Shown here: positions 1-7,864 of the stretch, piece after piece | Position numbering within the stretch: the stretch's first letter is position 1 | Layout: each line of letters starts with the position of its first letter | Virus record (IMG/VR): IMGVR_UViG_3300013749_000001 | Span: 1-37,367 of that record | Strand: one strand, 5' to 3' | DNA: 37,367 nucleotides | Source: a virus | Program-made: the position numbers and the translations under genes | The notes under the pieces: generated by a model | Told to the model about the DNA's origin: nothing | The model's database searches: none | What the model saw: the letters and a program-made list of their open reading frames with translations, nothing else

Positions 1-267
1 TGCATATCGCTATCCGTCGCATTCGGCGGGAAAAATTGTTTTCTTATAATCCTTTTATTCTCGTCGCTTAGCCACTCTTGTGGAGTGTTTTGTGTTGTTA
101 CTTGGTTCATTTCTTATCCTTACGCTATACTTTCATAAAATTTCCACGCAGGCAGGCTTAGCGTCTGCACCGCCTCTATCTCTTTGCTCTCGGGTTCAAA
201 CTTGGCATATCCCCACCATTGCCCGCGCTCTAGGCACAGCTTATAGCGCTCAAGCAGGGCTAGATAT
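1..267. repeat. Terminal direct repeat: bases 1..267 are identical to 37101..37367 (circular closure overlap / DTR)
   Basis: Direct comparison of window start and end. The RecT N-terminus and exonuclease C-terminus are encoded in both copies. Confidence 0.9.
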
Positions 268-992
268 GTCTTGCGCCCCTGCTCTATCGCCGCCTCATCT
301 AGCGTATAAAAGCCCGTCATATAGGGCTTTTTGGTTTCGACCGCGATAAAAAGGAAGTTTTCTACCCGCTTGCCGCATAGACGCAAGATGTCGGTATAAA
401 ACGCCGCTTGGATGTGGTAGTTAAAATTTGCTACCGATTTTGCAAATCCGTCCGCGCTAGCGTCGGAGGTCGTTTTCAAATCTACGCAAAGGCTTAGCGC
501 TTCGTTTAAAAAGTCGGGGCGACACCTCACGGGCACTCCCTCAATCTCCGCAAAATAGCTCTGCTCCGCTAGCCCGTCTTTTAAAAAAAGCGCCGTCTCT
601 CTCATAGAATTTACCGCGTTTGCGATAGCGGTCGCTTTCTCATAGGCTTCGGCGTCTAGAATGATCTTGCCTTCCGCACCCTTTAAAAACTCTGCGTAAA
701 TTTCTTTGCCCTCTTTGGTGCGTTTATCGGCTTTGGGTTCAGCGGCAAATTCTTTTAAAAAATCCGCAGGCTCCAGCACCAGCTTATGCACGGCAGAGCC
801 TAAGATCAAAGCCTTGCTATCAGGCTTTTCGAATTCGTCTTTGAATTTGAAGTGATAGGGGCTTTTTGCTAAGAGATCCAAATCGCTTTTAGAGATTTCG
901 GCTCGCGCGTGGTAGTCTTTGATGGGCAAGCCTTTTATCATCGTACCTAGGGGATGCTTAACCCCCTGTTCGCCTAAATCAATCTCAAGCAT
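120..992 (-). CDS. Phage recombination exonuclease, YqaJ/lambda-Exo-like PD-(D/E)xK nuclease
   Basis: 290 aa. Motifs GSAVHK, EIEG...RCRPDFL and DLKTT fit the YqaJ viral recombinase exonuclease family. Sits immediately upstream of RecT and SSB (exo-RecT-SSB module). Confidence 0.75.
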   Translation of the reverse strand: MLEIDLGEQGVKHPLGTMIKGLPIKDYHARAEISKSDLDLLAKSPYHFKFKDEFEKPDSKALILGSAVHKLVLEPADFLKEFAAEPKADKRTKEGKEIYAEFLKGAEGKIILDAEAYEKATAIANAVNSMRETALFLKDGLAEQSYFAEIEGVPVRCRPDFLNEALSLCVDLKTTSDASADGFAKSVANFNYHIQAAFYTDILRLCGKRVENFLFIAVETKKPYMTGFYTLDEAAIEQGRKTYLALLERYKLCLERGQWWGYAKFEPESKEIEAVQTLSLPAWKFYESIA

Positions 993-1803
993 TTAACACC
1001 TCAATCTTGCTTAAATTCGTTATGCCCGCTGCGGCTAACATATCTTTGATTTTTGCTGCTAGTTTTTCGTGCGGAGCACTTACGGCAGCTTTTACTTCAA
1101 ACTCGGCGCGGATCGTATAGATAACCTTGCCATCTCCTGCGTCGCGCGGCTTTTGTAAGACTTCGCGCTGCGCCTCGTAAAAAGCTTGCTTATTTGTCTC
1201 CGCTTTTGCGCGCTCTGCCGCTTCGCGCGCGACCTGCTCGACCGCCTCTTGTTTTTCTTGCTCGGCTAGCTTGGCTTGCAAAATTTCGTTTTCTAAAGCG
1301 GCAATTTTACCTTCGATAGCTTCTTTAGTAGGCTTAGCAAGAGAGCCCGCAGTAGTTACCGCGCTTAATTTGATTAGATCACTTACATTTATACGCTCGA
1401 AATTTAGCCCTTTTTCATCGCAAAGGCTCCTTGCGTATTCGTTTATGCGCTCCGCGATCTGCTCTAGCTTGGCGTTTTCAAAAGCCGCCACGCCGTCAGC
1501 TATCTTTTGGCGTCCGTCGGTGATGATAGCTTCGATCTCTTTTTTCTCGGTCTTTAGCTGATTGATAGGCGCCGAAAGCTTGTCGATGAAAAACTTATAG
1601 CGGTCGCCGATTGCGGTTTTGACCTTGTTAAAATTTGCCATCACCTTTTTGGCTTCAGGAATGTTCTCGTCGGTTACTTCGATCGAGTATTTTTCCACCT
1701 GCATTGCTACACCCGCCTTGATCTCCTCAAAATTCGTAGTTAGAATTTGGTTATCTGCCGTTTTTGCCTCGTATGATACGATCAGTTCCATTGTTTCGTT
1801 CAT
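985..1803 (-). CDS. Hypothetical phage protein, coiled-coil (DUF1351-like) in the recombination module
   Basis: ORF 985..1827. AGGAGA RBS precedes the internal Met (MNETMELIV), so start is set at 1803. Ala/Glu/Lys-rich helical protein of a kind often found beside exo/RecT. Confidence 0.5.
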   Translation of the reverse strand: MNETMELIVSYEAKTADNQILTTNFEEIKAGVAMQVEKYSIEVTDENIPEAKKVMANFNKVKTAIGDRYKFFIDKLSAPINQLKTEKKEIEAIITDGRQKIADGVAAFENAKLEQIAERINEYARSLCDEKGLNFERINVSDLIKLSAVTTAGSLAKPTKEAIEGKIAALENEILQAKLAEQEKQEAVEQVAREAAERAKAETNKQAFYEAQREVLQKPRDAGDGKVIYTIRAEFEVKAAVSAPHEKLAAKIKDMLAAAGITNLSKIEVLNA

Positions 1804-2064
1804 TTCATCTCCTTTTTTTACGAGCATTCACAAATTTAGCAAAGCTGCTAAATTTTGTGTGTTTATATACACCTATCCGAGTCCGGTAAGCTATAAATTC
1901 TTCTCTGAAATCTTTCAAACTCATTGTTTATCCTTTAAAATTTGCTTGCATTTTGCGGCCGCTGTAATAACCGCACCAAAGCCGAAACCGATCAGAAAAG
2001 CCACGACAAAACTTATCTCAATATCCCAAACCTAAGATTTGAGATCGTAAATTTCGCACGCCTC

Positions 2065-2283
2065 TTAAATAGCCTTTTCAGAAACCGTAGCATCGTCGTT
2101 CTCCTTTTTTCGTTCTGTAGCTCTTGCTAGCAGCGCGAGGTCTATTAGCAGATCGCTTAGCCCGATGCCGCTCATCTGCGAAACTTCGCATAGATGCTCC
2201 GCCGTGGAGCGCATATAAGCGGAAACGCCTTTTGCGAACTCCGCCGCAGCGTCTTGAAACTCTTGCTCGTCTTGATTTTTCAT
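2065..2283 (-). CDS. Small hypothetical protein (about 72 aa, MKNQDEQEF...)
   Basis: ORF 2065..2397. AGGAGAA RBS precedes the internal Met at 2283. Confidence 0.35.
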   Translation of the reverse strand: MKNQDEQEFQDAAAEFAKGVSAYMRSTAEHLCEVSQMSGIGLSDLLIDLALLARATERKKENDDATVSEKAI

Positions 2284-2413
2284 AGTTTTCTCCTTAAAAA
2301 ATATCCATAAAAGAGCCTCCGATTTAAGAATTTCATTTGAAAAAACGTTAGCCGAGATTTTGACCCGCCGCAAGGAGTAAGGCGGGAGGAGGCTCATTTA
2401 TGGATATGAGGTA

Positions 2414-2436
2414 AAGCGATATAATCTAAAGAAGGG
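2414..2436 (+). promoter_or_regulatory. GCGATATAATC promoter-like element; left arm of a 23-bp inverted repeat
   Basis: aaagcgatataatctaaagaagg. Its reverse complement occurs at 2877..2899 (22/23 identical). Contains a TATAAT -10. Confidence 0.4.
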
Positions 2437-2465
2437 GGGGCTCGGGTTTTCGAGCCATAAAAAGG

Positions 2466-2867
2466 TTAGAGGCTTCCTATGAGCTTGCCGAGCCCAAGCG
2501 CAGAGAGGGAGAATATCTTATTGACTGCCTGTCTTATCAGCTCCTCTTTGCCTAATCTTAGCGCGTCTTTGAGCTTCGAGCCTAAAAAGTCGTATTTTAA
2601 TAACTCAAGTCCTTTAAGCGTTAAAACAGCTCTTTTAACGTCGCCGTAATTTTGATCTATGCCCGAATGGACGATAAAACCGTTATCGCTCAGCCACTCT
2701 ATCGTATGATATGCGATCAAGGCCTGCGATAGGGCGTCCTCTATGCTCTTATTATCGCAAAACTCGTGATAATTGAAATTTTTAGGAATAGGGAATTCGT
2801 CATACAACAGCCCCAACGTCTTAGCGGCGTAGATTTCGAACAATTCGATGTTTTTCTGCTCTTTCAT
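2466..2867 (-). CDS. Hypothetical protein (133 aa), orphan/moron candidate
   Basis: Intact ORF with strong RBS (AGGAAGGAGACC). Flanked by the 23-bp inverted repeat. Confidence 0.5.
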   Translation of the reverse strand: MKEQKNIELFEIYAAKTLGLLYDEFPIPKNFNYHEFCDNKSIEDALSQALIAYHTIEWLSDNGFIVHSGIDQNYGDVKRAVLTLKGLELLKYDFLGSKLKDALRLGKEELIRQAVNKIFSLSALGLGKLIGSL

Positions 2868-2876
2868 GGTCGGTCT

Positions 2877-2899
2877 CCTTCCTTAGATTATATCGCTTT
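2877..2899 (-). promoter_or_regulatory. Promoter (-10 GATATAAT) plus RBS for the 133-aa gene; right arm of the 23-bp inverted repeat
   Basis: Minus strand reads aaagcgatataatctaaggaagg and runs into the ATG at 2867. Confidence 0.45.
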
Positions 2900-3055
2900 T
2901 ATTTTTAAATTGCACGGATTTTTCTACCCCCGAACGTGCATCTATCGGGGCTGATTGCTCGGGTATGGATTGTCGTATCCATACGGACGCTTCCCGTAGC
3001 TTTAGCTCAACGCGGGCTAGGTGTGGGTCACCTTGGTTTTGATGGGAGAATATTA

Positions 3056-3117
3056 GCATAGCCTATATTAAAGATAGCTTAAATTAATAGGAATAGCTAA
3101 TATTTTTTGCAGTATAA
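3056..3117 (+). promoter_or_regulatory. Operator-like dyad (GCATAGCCTAT ... 20 bp ... ATAGGAATAGC) plus TATAAT -10 (3112..3117) upstream of the 3141 operon
   Basis: Half-sites match the cI/cro operator half-site ATAGGAATTGC at 10/11 and 8/11, with the identical 20-bp spacing. Confidence 0.4.
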
Positions 3118-3140
3118 TTCCGCAAAATTTTAAAAGAGGC

Positions 3141-3470
3141 GTGGTGGAAAAGATACTCACTCATCCGACAATTCTTGTGTGGATCATTATCGTATCTGCA
3201 ATAGCGACGTATAAACTGGGGATATGGCGAGACGGCGCGGATGCTTTCGTTAAAATTTCACAGCTTCTTTTAAAAATAGTATTGCTCCCCTTCCGCCCGT
3301 TTATAGAAAAAGAGGACGAGGGATTTGAAAAAGAGCTTGCAAGCTGCGCGACGACAGAGGAGCGAGAAAAACTGATCGAGCGCAAAAATAAAGATTTTTA
3401 TGAAAAATCCATAGTTGTTAGCATATTGCTAATCTTTCTTGTCTTTATGGTTATTCAATTCGTACAATAA
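3141..3470 (+). CDS. Small membrane protein (109 aa, GTG start)
   Basis: AAAGAGG RBS, then GTG. Hydrophobic N- and C-terminal segments. Confidence 0.45.
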   Translation: MVEKILTHPTILVWIIIVSAIATYKLGIWRDGADAFVKISQLLLKIVLLPFRPFIEKEDEGFEKELASCATTEEREKLIERKNKDFYEKSIVVSILLIFLVFMVIQFVQ

Positions 3471-3479
3471 AGGTAAAAT

Positions 3480-3887
3480 ATGACGGAACAAGAAGCAATA
3501 AATGCGCTATTAGAAGCCCTTAATCAAGAAAATCCCCCGAGCGCTAAAACAAGAGTTTTTAGAGTTTTGTATTTTATATCTTTCGTGCTTATCCCGACCG
3601 TCGGCGGAGCGATTATCGGCGTGCCGCTATTTCTTATACTGCTCGTCGTGCAATATATCCTAGAGGGGAGCATAAACCCTCGTTTTTACTTCTACGGCGC
3701 AAATCCGGTCTACGCACAAAGATTTATACAGGTTTGTAGCCTCGCGTGGATAATATGCGTAGCAGGCGCGATCTTTATCGTTTTAGGGGGAAAGGCTACG
3801 GGTAGCGACGTTTTGGCTATGATAGGAGCGGCTATAGCCTATGCCGTATATATCAGGGCTCTTAAATTTGTATTAGTAGGAATTTGA
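3480..3887 (+). CDS. Integral membrane protein (135 aa, about 4 TM)
   Basis: AAAGG RBS. Several hydrophobic helices. The first 20 nt of the CDS are identical to the start of the scaffold gene at 16051. Confidence 0.5.
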   Translation: MTEQEAINALLEALNQENPPSAKTRVFRVLYFISFVLIPTVGGAIIGVPLFLILLVVQYILEGSINPRFYFYGANPVYAQRFIQVCSLAWIICVAGAIFIVLGGKATGSDVLAMIGAAIAYAVYIRALKFVLVGI

Positions 3888-3909
3888 TTTTTTATAGAAG
3901 GACCATAAA

Positions 3910-3990
3910 ATGAAAAAACTACTCGCTTTAATTTTGGCGGCTTTTTTACTGGCGCAAATAAGCGTTTCAGCGTCGGCAAGCGCGGGGTAA
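3910..3990 (+). CDS. Tiny ORF (26 aa, MKKLLALILAAFLLAQISVSASASAG), signal-peptide-like
   Basis: GAAGGA RBS 7 nt upstream. Below the ORF-track length cutoff. Could be a leader or small secreted peptide. Confidence 0.2.
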   Translation: MKKLLALILAAFLLAQISVSASASAG

Positions 3991-4410
3991 TCTCCACTCC
4001 CACGGGGGAATAGGATCGTCGCGCCATAGCCCTCGCTTTTCAAATTTAGCCTCACTCTCTTGCGGCGCATACTTCTTTGAAAATCTACGATACGCCCACG
4101 CGTAGCCGTTTTCTACCATTTGGGCGTTTATGTCTGCGCCGTCAAGATAGATCGTGCCGATCGTGCGCCCATATCTATCATTACCGTTTTTCTCGACTTT
4201 TACGATTTGCCCGGCAATCATAGAAGCCAAAAATTCCTTTGATTTTCGTCCGAAAGGCTGCTTGAGCTCCGGCGCATCAATGCCGAATAGCCTAACTTTA
4301 ACCTGCTTTTCTTCCATCAAAATGGTAATGGTGTCGCCGTCGTGAACGGATATGACTTTGCCAGAGAGCGCAAAAAGAAAAATTGGGAGAAAAAAACATA
4401 AAATTTTCAT
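3967..4410 (-). CDS. Secreted thermonuclease (staphylococcal nuclease/SNase family) with signal peptide
   Basis: N-terminal signal MKILCFFLPIFLFALSG. SNase motifs DGDT, RLFGIDAPE, DRYGR and GLW. Confidence 0.8.
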   Translation of the reverse strand: MKILCFFLPIFLFALSGKVISVHDGDTITILMEEKQVKVRLFGIDAPELKQPFGRKSKEFLASMIAGQIVKVEKNGNDRYGRTIGTIYLDGADINAQMVENGYAWAYRRFSKKYAPQESEAKFEKRGLWRDDPIPPWEWRLPRACRR

Positions 4411-4427
4411 TACTCAATGCTAAAGGC

Positions 4428-5039
4428 TCAGTTGCCATAAATAGACGATCCGTCATATCTTGCTAAAAATAAACCTAGGACATTAGAATTTGGCAAATTT
4501 TTTAAAATAATATCCTTATACGCCCTAAAATGCGCTCCAGTGGTTAAAACATCATCAATTAGTATTATATTGTGATTTGGCGTTTTGGCGGGTGCCGCCC
4601 ATCTCGTATTTTTTATAATTTCTGCAGGATTTCTAGTGCCGCCCGTATGTGATGGAGTGCGTTCTTCTATAGTATCTAGACAAAATTGAATATCGTAATT
4701 TTGTGATAATGATCCAAGCTTGCTAGCTACAGCATCAAGCCTGTCATTAAAGTTTGGCGAATTGCGAGGTTTTGAGGTGGCGCAAGGGATTATAGTGCAT
4801 TTCCTATCGCTTAAAGCATAATGTACCATATATGCGAATTTATCAACCGCGTCGTTTCTGTAGTGCCAATCGTTACATTCCTTGCGCGAAATATCCTTTT
4901 TAAAATTTTGCACTAGGGAATTATATTTCGATATTGAGTATCCTCCAGGGGCGTAGACGCCATAATAATAACACAGATCCTCTTCGTTAAGGTGCCGTGT
5001 AAAATCAACCCCAACTATAACCTTAATGGGCTTACACAT
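4428..5039 (-). CDS. ComF/ComFC-like phosphoribosyltransferase-domain protein
   Basis: C-terminal type I PRTase PRPP-binding motif ILIDDVLTTGAHF. No obvious N-terminal 4-Cys zinc finger. Overlaps the upstream DprA-like gene by 8 nt. Confidence 0.65.
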   Translation of the reverse strand: MCKPIKVIVGVDFTRHLNEEDLCYYYGVYAPGGYSISKYNSLVQNFKKDISRKECNDWHYRNDAVDKFAYMVHYALSDRKCTIIPCATSKPRNSPNFNDRLDAVASKLGSLSQNYDIQFCLDTIEERTPSHTGGTRNPAEIIKNTRWAAPAKTPNHNIILIDDVLTTGAHFRAYKDIILKNLPNSNVLGLFLARYDGSSIYGN

Positions 5040-5865
5040 CTTTAAAAAGATCCAAAATATCGTCAGTGTCTTTAACCCTAATAGCGCCGCGCTCCTCGTA
5101 AGAATGCGGCCATTTTAACCCGCTCTCAAAGCAAGAGTTTAATATAAAAAGTTTTCTCCCCATCTCCATACAAGCTCTAGCCTGGGTGAGAGTTCCGCTT
5201 GTCTCCGATGCCTCTATAATGATTGTAGCATCAGAAACGGCGGCCATTACGGCGTTTCTTTCGGGAAAATAAAACTTTTTTGTGCTAAATGGTTGCTGTG
5301 AATACTTATAAAATGGCACGTGGCTTAGCAATAAGTGATTTTTTGCTACTTCATCTTGTAAGGTTTTATTTTCTTTCGGATAATATTCATTAATCGGTGT
5401 TCCTATTACGCCTATTAGATGCCCGCCAACCCTTATAGTAGACCTCATAGCCTCTGTATCTATCCCTGCGGCCAGCCCTGATACTATTACAAAACCCTCT
5501 TTTGATAAAATATTGGCTATTTTTCGGGCTCTTCTTTTGCCCTCATTGCTTGCTTTTCTTGCCCCGACAATTGAGATTTTTTTAGGAGCTTCCAATAGCC
5601 CAATGTCGCCTTTATAATATAGCTTCTTTATATAAGTTTTTTTCAATAAATCTGGATATTGATAGCTTTCGTGCGTGATTATAGAAAAGTCTTTTTTTAA
5701 ATTATGAAAAAATGCCTCTATATCCTCTTTCATCAACGGAGTATCTAGCCTTGACGGCTTAAATTTTAAATCATCAACTTTTTTTAGATTACTATTGTCT
5801 ATACTGGCCCACAAAAGCTCATAATTTATAGCCTCTTGATAGGGGTTTATTGCATCAATAAACAT
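5032..5865 (-). CDS. DprA/Smf-like protein (Rossmann-fold DNA-processing protein A domain)
   Basis: KISIVGARKAS...VIVSGLAAGIDTEAMR...GVIGTPINEYYP...FPERNAVMAAVSDATIIIEASETSGTLTQARACMEMG matches the DprA Rossmann-fold core. Has its own promoter and RBS. Confidence 0.75.
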   Translation of the reverse strand: MFIDAINPYQEAINYELLWASIDNSNLKKVDDLKFKPSRLDTPLMKEDIEAFFHNLKKDFSIITHESYQYPDLLKKTYIKKLYYKGDIGLLEAPKKISIVGARKASNEGKRRARKIANILSKEGFVIVSGLAAGIDTEAMRSTIRVGGHLIGVIGTPINEYYPKENKTLQDEVAKNHLLLSHVPFYKYSQQPFSTKKFYFPERNAVMAAVSDATIIIEASETSGTLTQARACMEMGRKLFILNSCFESGLKWPHSYEERGAIRVKDTDDILDLFKDV

Positions 5866-5884
5866 AAAATTTCCTCTCTCGTTT

Positions 5885-5935
5885 GTTTTAAATTATATAA
5901 CAGGAGCCCATAAAGTTTTATAAATTTATATCATT
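5885..5935 (-). promoter_or_regulatory. Putative promoter of the DprA-like / PRTase / nuclease operon
   Basis: Minus strand reads ttatataat as a -10, about 25 nt upstream of the GAGAGAGGAAATTTT-ATG. AT-rich 126-bp gap after the P63C-like gene. Confidence 0.35.
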
Positions 5936-5991
5936 TTATCCCGCTATCGCTAAACGTCAGCCCCTTTTGAATTTCTAGCTTGATCTTGCCG

Positions 5992-6867
5992 CTAGTTTTC
6001 TTTTATTCGCCCTTCTTCGTCGAATTCTATATTTTCATCCTGCTCTCTAGCTTTAATTTTCTTAAAACGCTCCCACATTTCACGCATATTGTCGCTTGAT
6101 TGCATAATGCCTATAACCTTATAGATTTGTGCCATTAAATTCGGTTGTCCTATATCTGGAGTTAGGCGCTGATGGTAGCGTGCATGTTTTGGGGTGTTTT
6201 CTTTCAGTTCTTGCAGAACACCCATCGGCAGTTCGTTATAAATAAGATCGTTCGTCCACTTGCCTATAATGGGAGGGCGCTTTTTAATGCCGCTAACGGT
6301 AAAGTCCCAGCCATTAAGCCTGAACATTTCCTTATAAAATTCATCTGGAAATCGCTTCTCCCATTTCAGAAGCTCTTCGCTAATATAAGCTTTTAGTATT
6401 TTTTGGAGCTCATTGCGTTCACGCTCATACTGATAACCCGTGGCCTCGTCAACTAGGGCTGTGATGCCTATACGCGCAAGAGAACGAACTAAAATTTCTG
6501 CCTTTTGCGCAGTTGAAATTTGTTGTGGCGTTAAAAGCCCCTCATCCCTTGCTTTTAAATATAAGTCTGCAACAAGCGGTAAAATATCAGCGCTATAACC
6601 CTCTTTTTCCTTTCCGTTTTCGTCTAAATATGGAACTCGCTTGATCTTGGTTCGCAAGTCCGATGAAATCAGGCTTTGTAAGTTTTTAGCGTCCATAAAA
6701 GCAGGGATCTGATCTATTCTTGAATTTCCCCTTGGGTCGCGCCCCAAAGCCCTAAATACAGCATTTTGCGTGATAACCCTTGTCCCATCTTCCAAAACCG
6801 CTACGTCAAGATCAGCATCACCTATCTTTAAGACGCCGTCTGCCAATGATTTTAGAACTCTTTTCAT
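5992..6867 (-). CDS. Phage protein, putative P63C-domain family; co-oriented downstream of cI
   Basis: 291 aa with a conserved-looking VDEATGYQYERER segment. The family assignment is from memory and was not verified. Confidence 0.4.
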   Translation of the reverse strand: MKRVLKSLADGVLKIGDADLDVAVLEDGTRVITQNAVFRALGRDPRGNSRIDQIPAFMDAKNLQSLISSDLRTKIKRVPYLDENGKEKEGYSADILPLVADLYLKARDEGLLTPQQISTAQKAEILVRSLARIGITALVDEATGYQYERERNELQKILKAYISEELLKWEKRFPDEFYKEMFRLNGWDFTVSGIKKRPPIIGKWTNDLIYNELPMGVLQELKENTPKHARYHQRLTPDIGQPNLMAQIYKVIGIMQSSDNMREMWERFKKIKAREQDENIEFDEEGRIKEN

Positions 6868-6982
6868 AACTTTCTCCTACGTTAAATTTCTAAAATAAAT
6901 TTTATATTCTTAAGTTTTATTCATTTCTAGCCTTTTTCTTAAAACTTCTTAGAATTTATAGAATACGATCCGACTACGCGGA

Positions 6983-7765
6983 TTATTTTATTCCAAAATT
7001 ATCAAAAGTAAGCCCCTTATGAACCTCATAATGTATTTTTCCGCAGACCTTGCCTAATATCTCGCAATCGTAGCCCTCTTTGTGCGGATAAATATCGCCG
7101 TATTTCGGATTTAGGCTAATGAGTTTGACATTGTCATTCGGCAGAAATTCAACCCTTTTTATATACACGATCTCGCCCATTCGAACGACATAAACCCCCG
7201 CTATTCTGACAAAATTACCGCGGTTATTTACCATATCGACGACCGCCCAATCGCTCTCCTCAAAATCGGGTAACATACTATCGCCCACCACCTCGAAAAC
7301 TCTTAAATTCACGGGATTTAGCCCCTTTACGAAGCTTTTATCTACCGCTACCTTTCGCTCCTCTTTATTTAGCATTTCTAAATCGAACGTGCCCTCGCTA
7401 CCCGCGCCCACCCGCATCTCGGATTTTGAGAGAAATACCACGTTTTTCAGGCTATACTCGGCAGGGATCAGATGGGCGTATTTTTCAAAATTGTTTTTCA
7501 GCTCTTTTTTGACGATCTGGTTTTTTAGCTCTGGGCGAGACGGAAAAAAGCTCGTGACGTCTAAATCCAAAATTTCCGCCATATCGGGAATTTTATCAAG
7601 AGACGGATTAGCGGTTTTCTTTTCCTTTCCATCTTTGCCTATTTCGCCTTTTTTCGTTTCATATTGCCCTATCGTTCCTTGCGAAACGCCCATTTTATCC
7701 GCTAGCTCTTTTTGCGTTAGCTTCGCTTTTTTTCTAGCAGAGCTTATCACATCTGAAAGTTCCAT
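6983..7765 (-). CDS. CI-like prophage repressor: N-terminal XRE HTH plus C-terminal LexA/S24 peptidase domain
   Basis: N-terminal KLTQKELADKMGVSQGTIGQYE is an HTH. C-terminal VVGDSMLPDF (catalytic Ser) and IKRV (catalytic Lys) mark an S24 peptidase. Divergent from a Cro-like gene. Confidence 0.8.
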   Translation of the reverse strand: MELSDVISSARKKAKLTQKELADKMGVSQGTIGQYETKKGEIGKDGKEKKTANPSLDKIPDMAEILDLDVTSFFPSRPELKNQIVKKELKNNFEKYAHLIPAEYSLKNVVFLSKSEMRVGAGSEGTFDLEMLNKEERKVAVDKSFVKGLNPVNLRVFEVVGDSMLPDFEESDWAVVDMVNNRGNFVRIAGVYVVRMGEIVYIKRVEFLPNDNVKLISLNPKYGDIYPHKEGYDCEILGKVCGKIHYEVHKGLTFDNFGIK

Positions 7766-7807
7766 TTATGCCTCCTACTAATAATTTAATTTTACCAAAT
7801 CTATAAT

Positions 7808-7851
7808 TGGCAATTCCTATTTTTTTAAGCATTTTCTAATATAGGAATTGC
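7808..7851. promoter_or_regulatory. cI/cro divergent promoter-operator: perfect 11-bp inverted repeat GCAATTCCTAT ... 20 bp ... ATAGGAATTGC
   Basis: Half-sites read directly at 7810..7820 and 7841..7851, in the 99-bp gap between cI and cro. Confidence 0.55.
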
Positions 7852-7864
7852 TAATATATGACCT

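Noticed and set aside
1-267. Genuine T7-like packaged direct terminal repeat
   Set aside because: Repeat boundaries fall inside the RecT and exonuclease coding sequences. The element has int/cI (temperate). Circular-assembly overlap is more parsimonious, but this is not excluded.
80-349. Plus-strand 89-aa ORF at the window start
   Set aside because: Lies antisense inside the well-supported exonuclease gene and terminal repeat. No RBS. Spurious.
2900-3060. Retron msr/msd or CRISPR-like interpretation of the structured noncoding island
   Set aside because: No reverse transcriptase, cas genes or repeat-spacer periodicity anywhere in the window.
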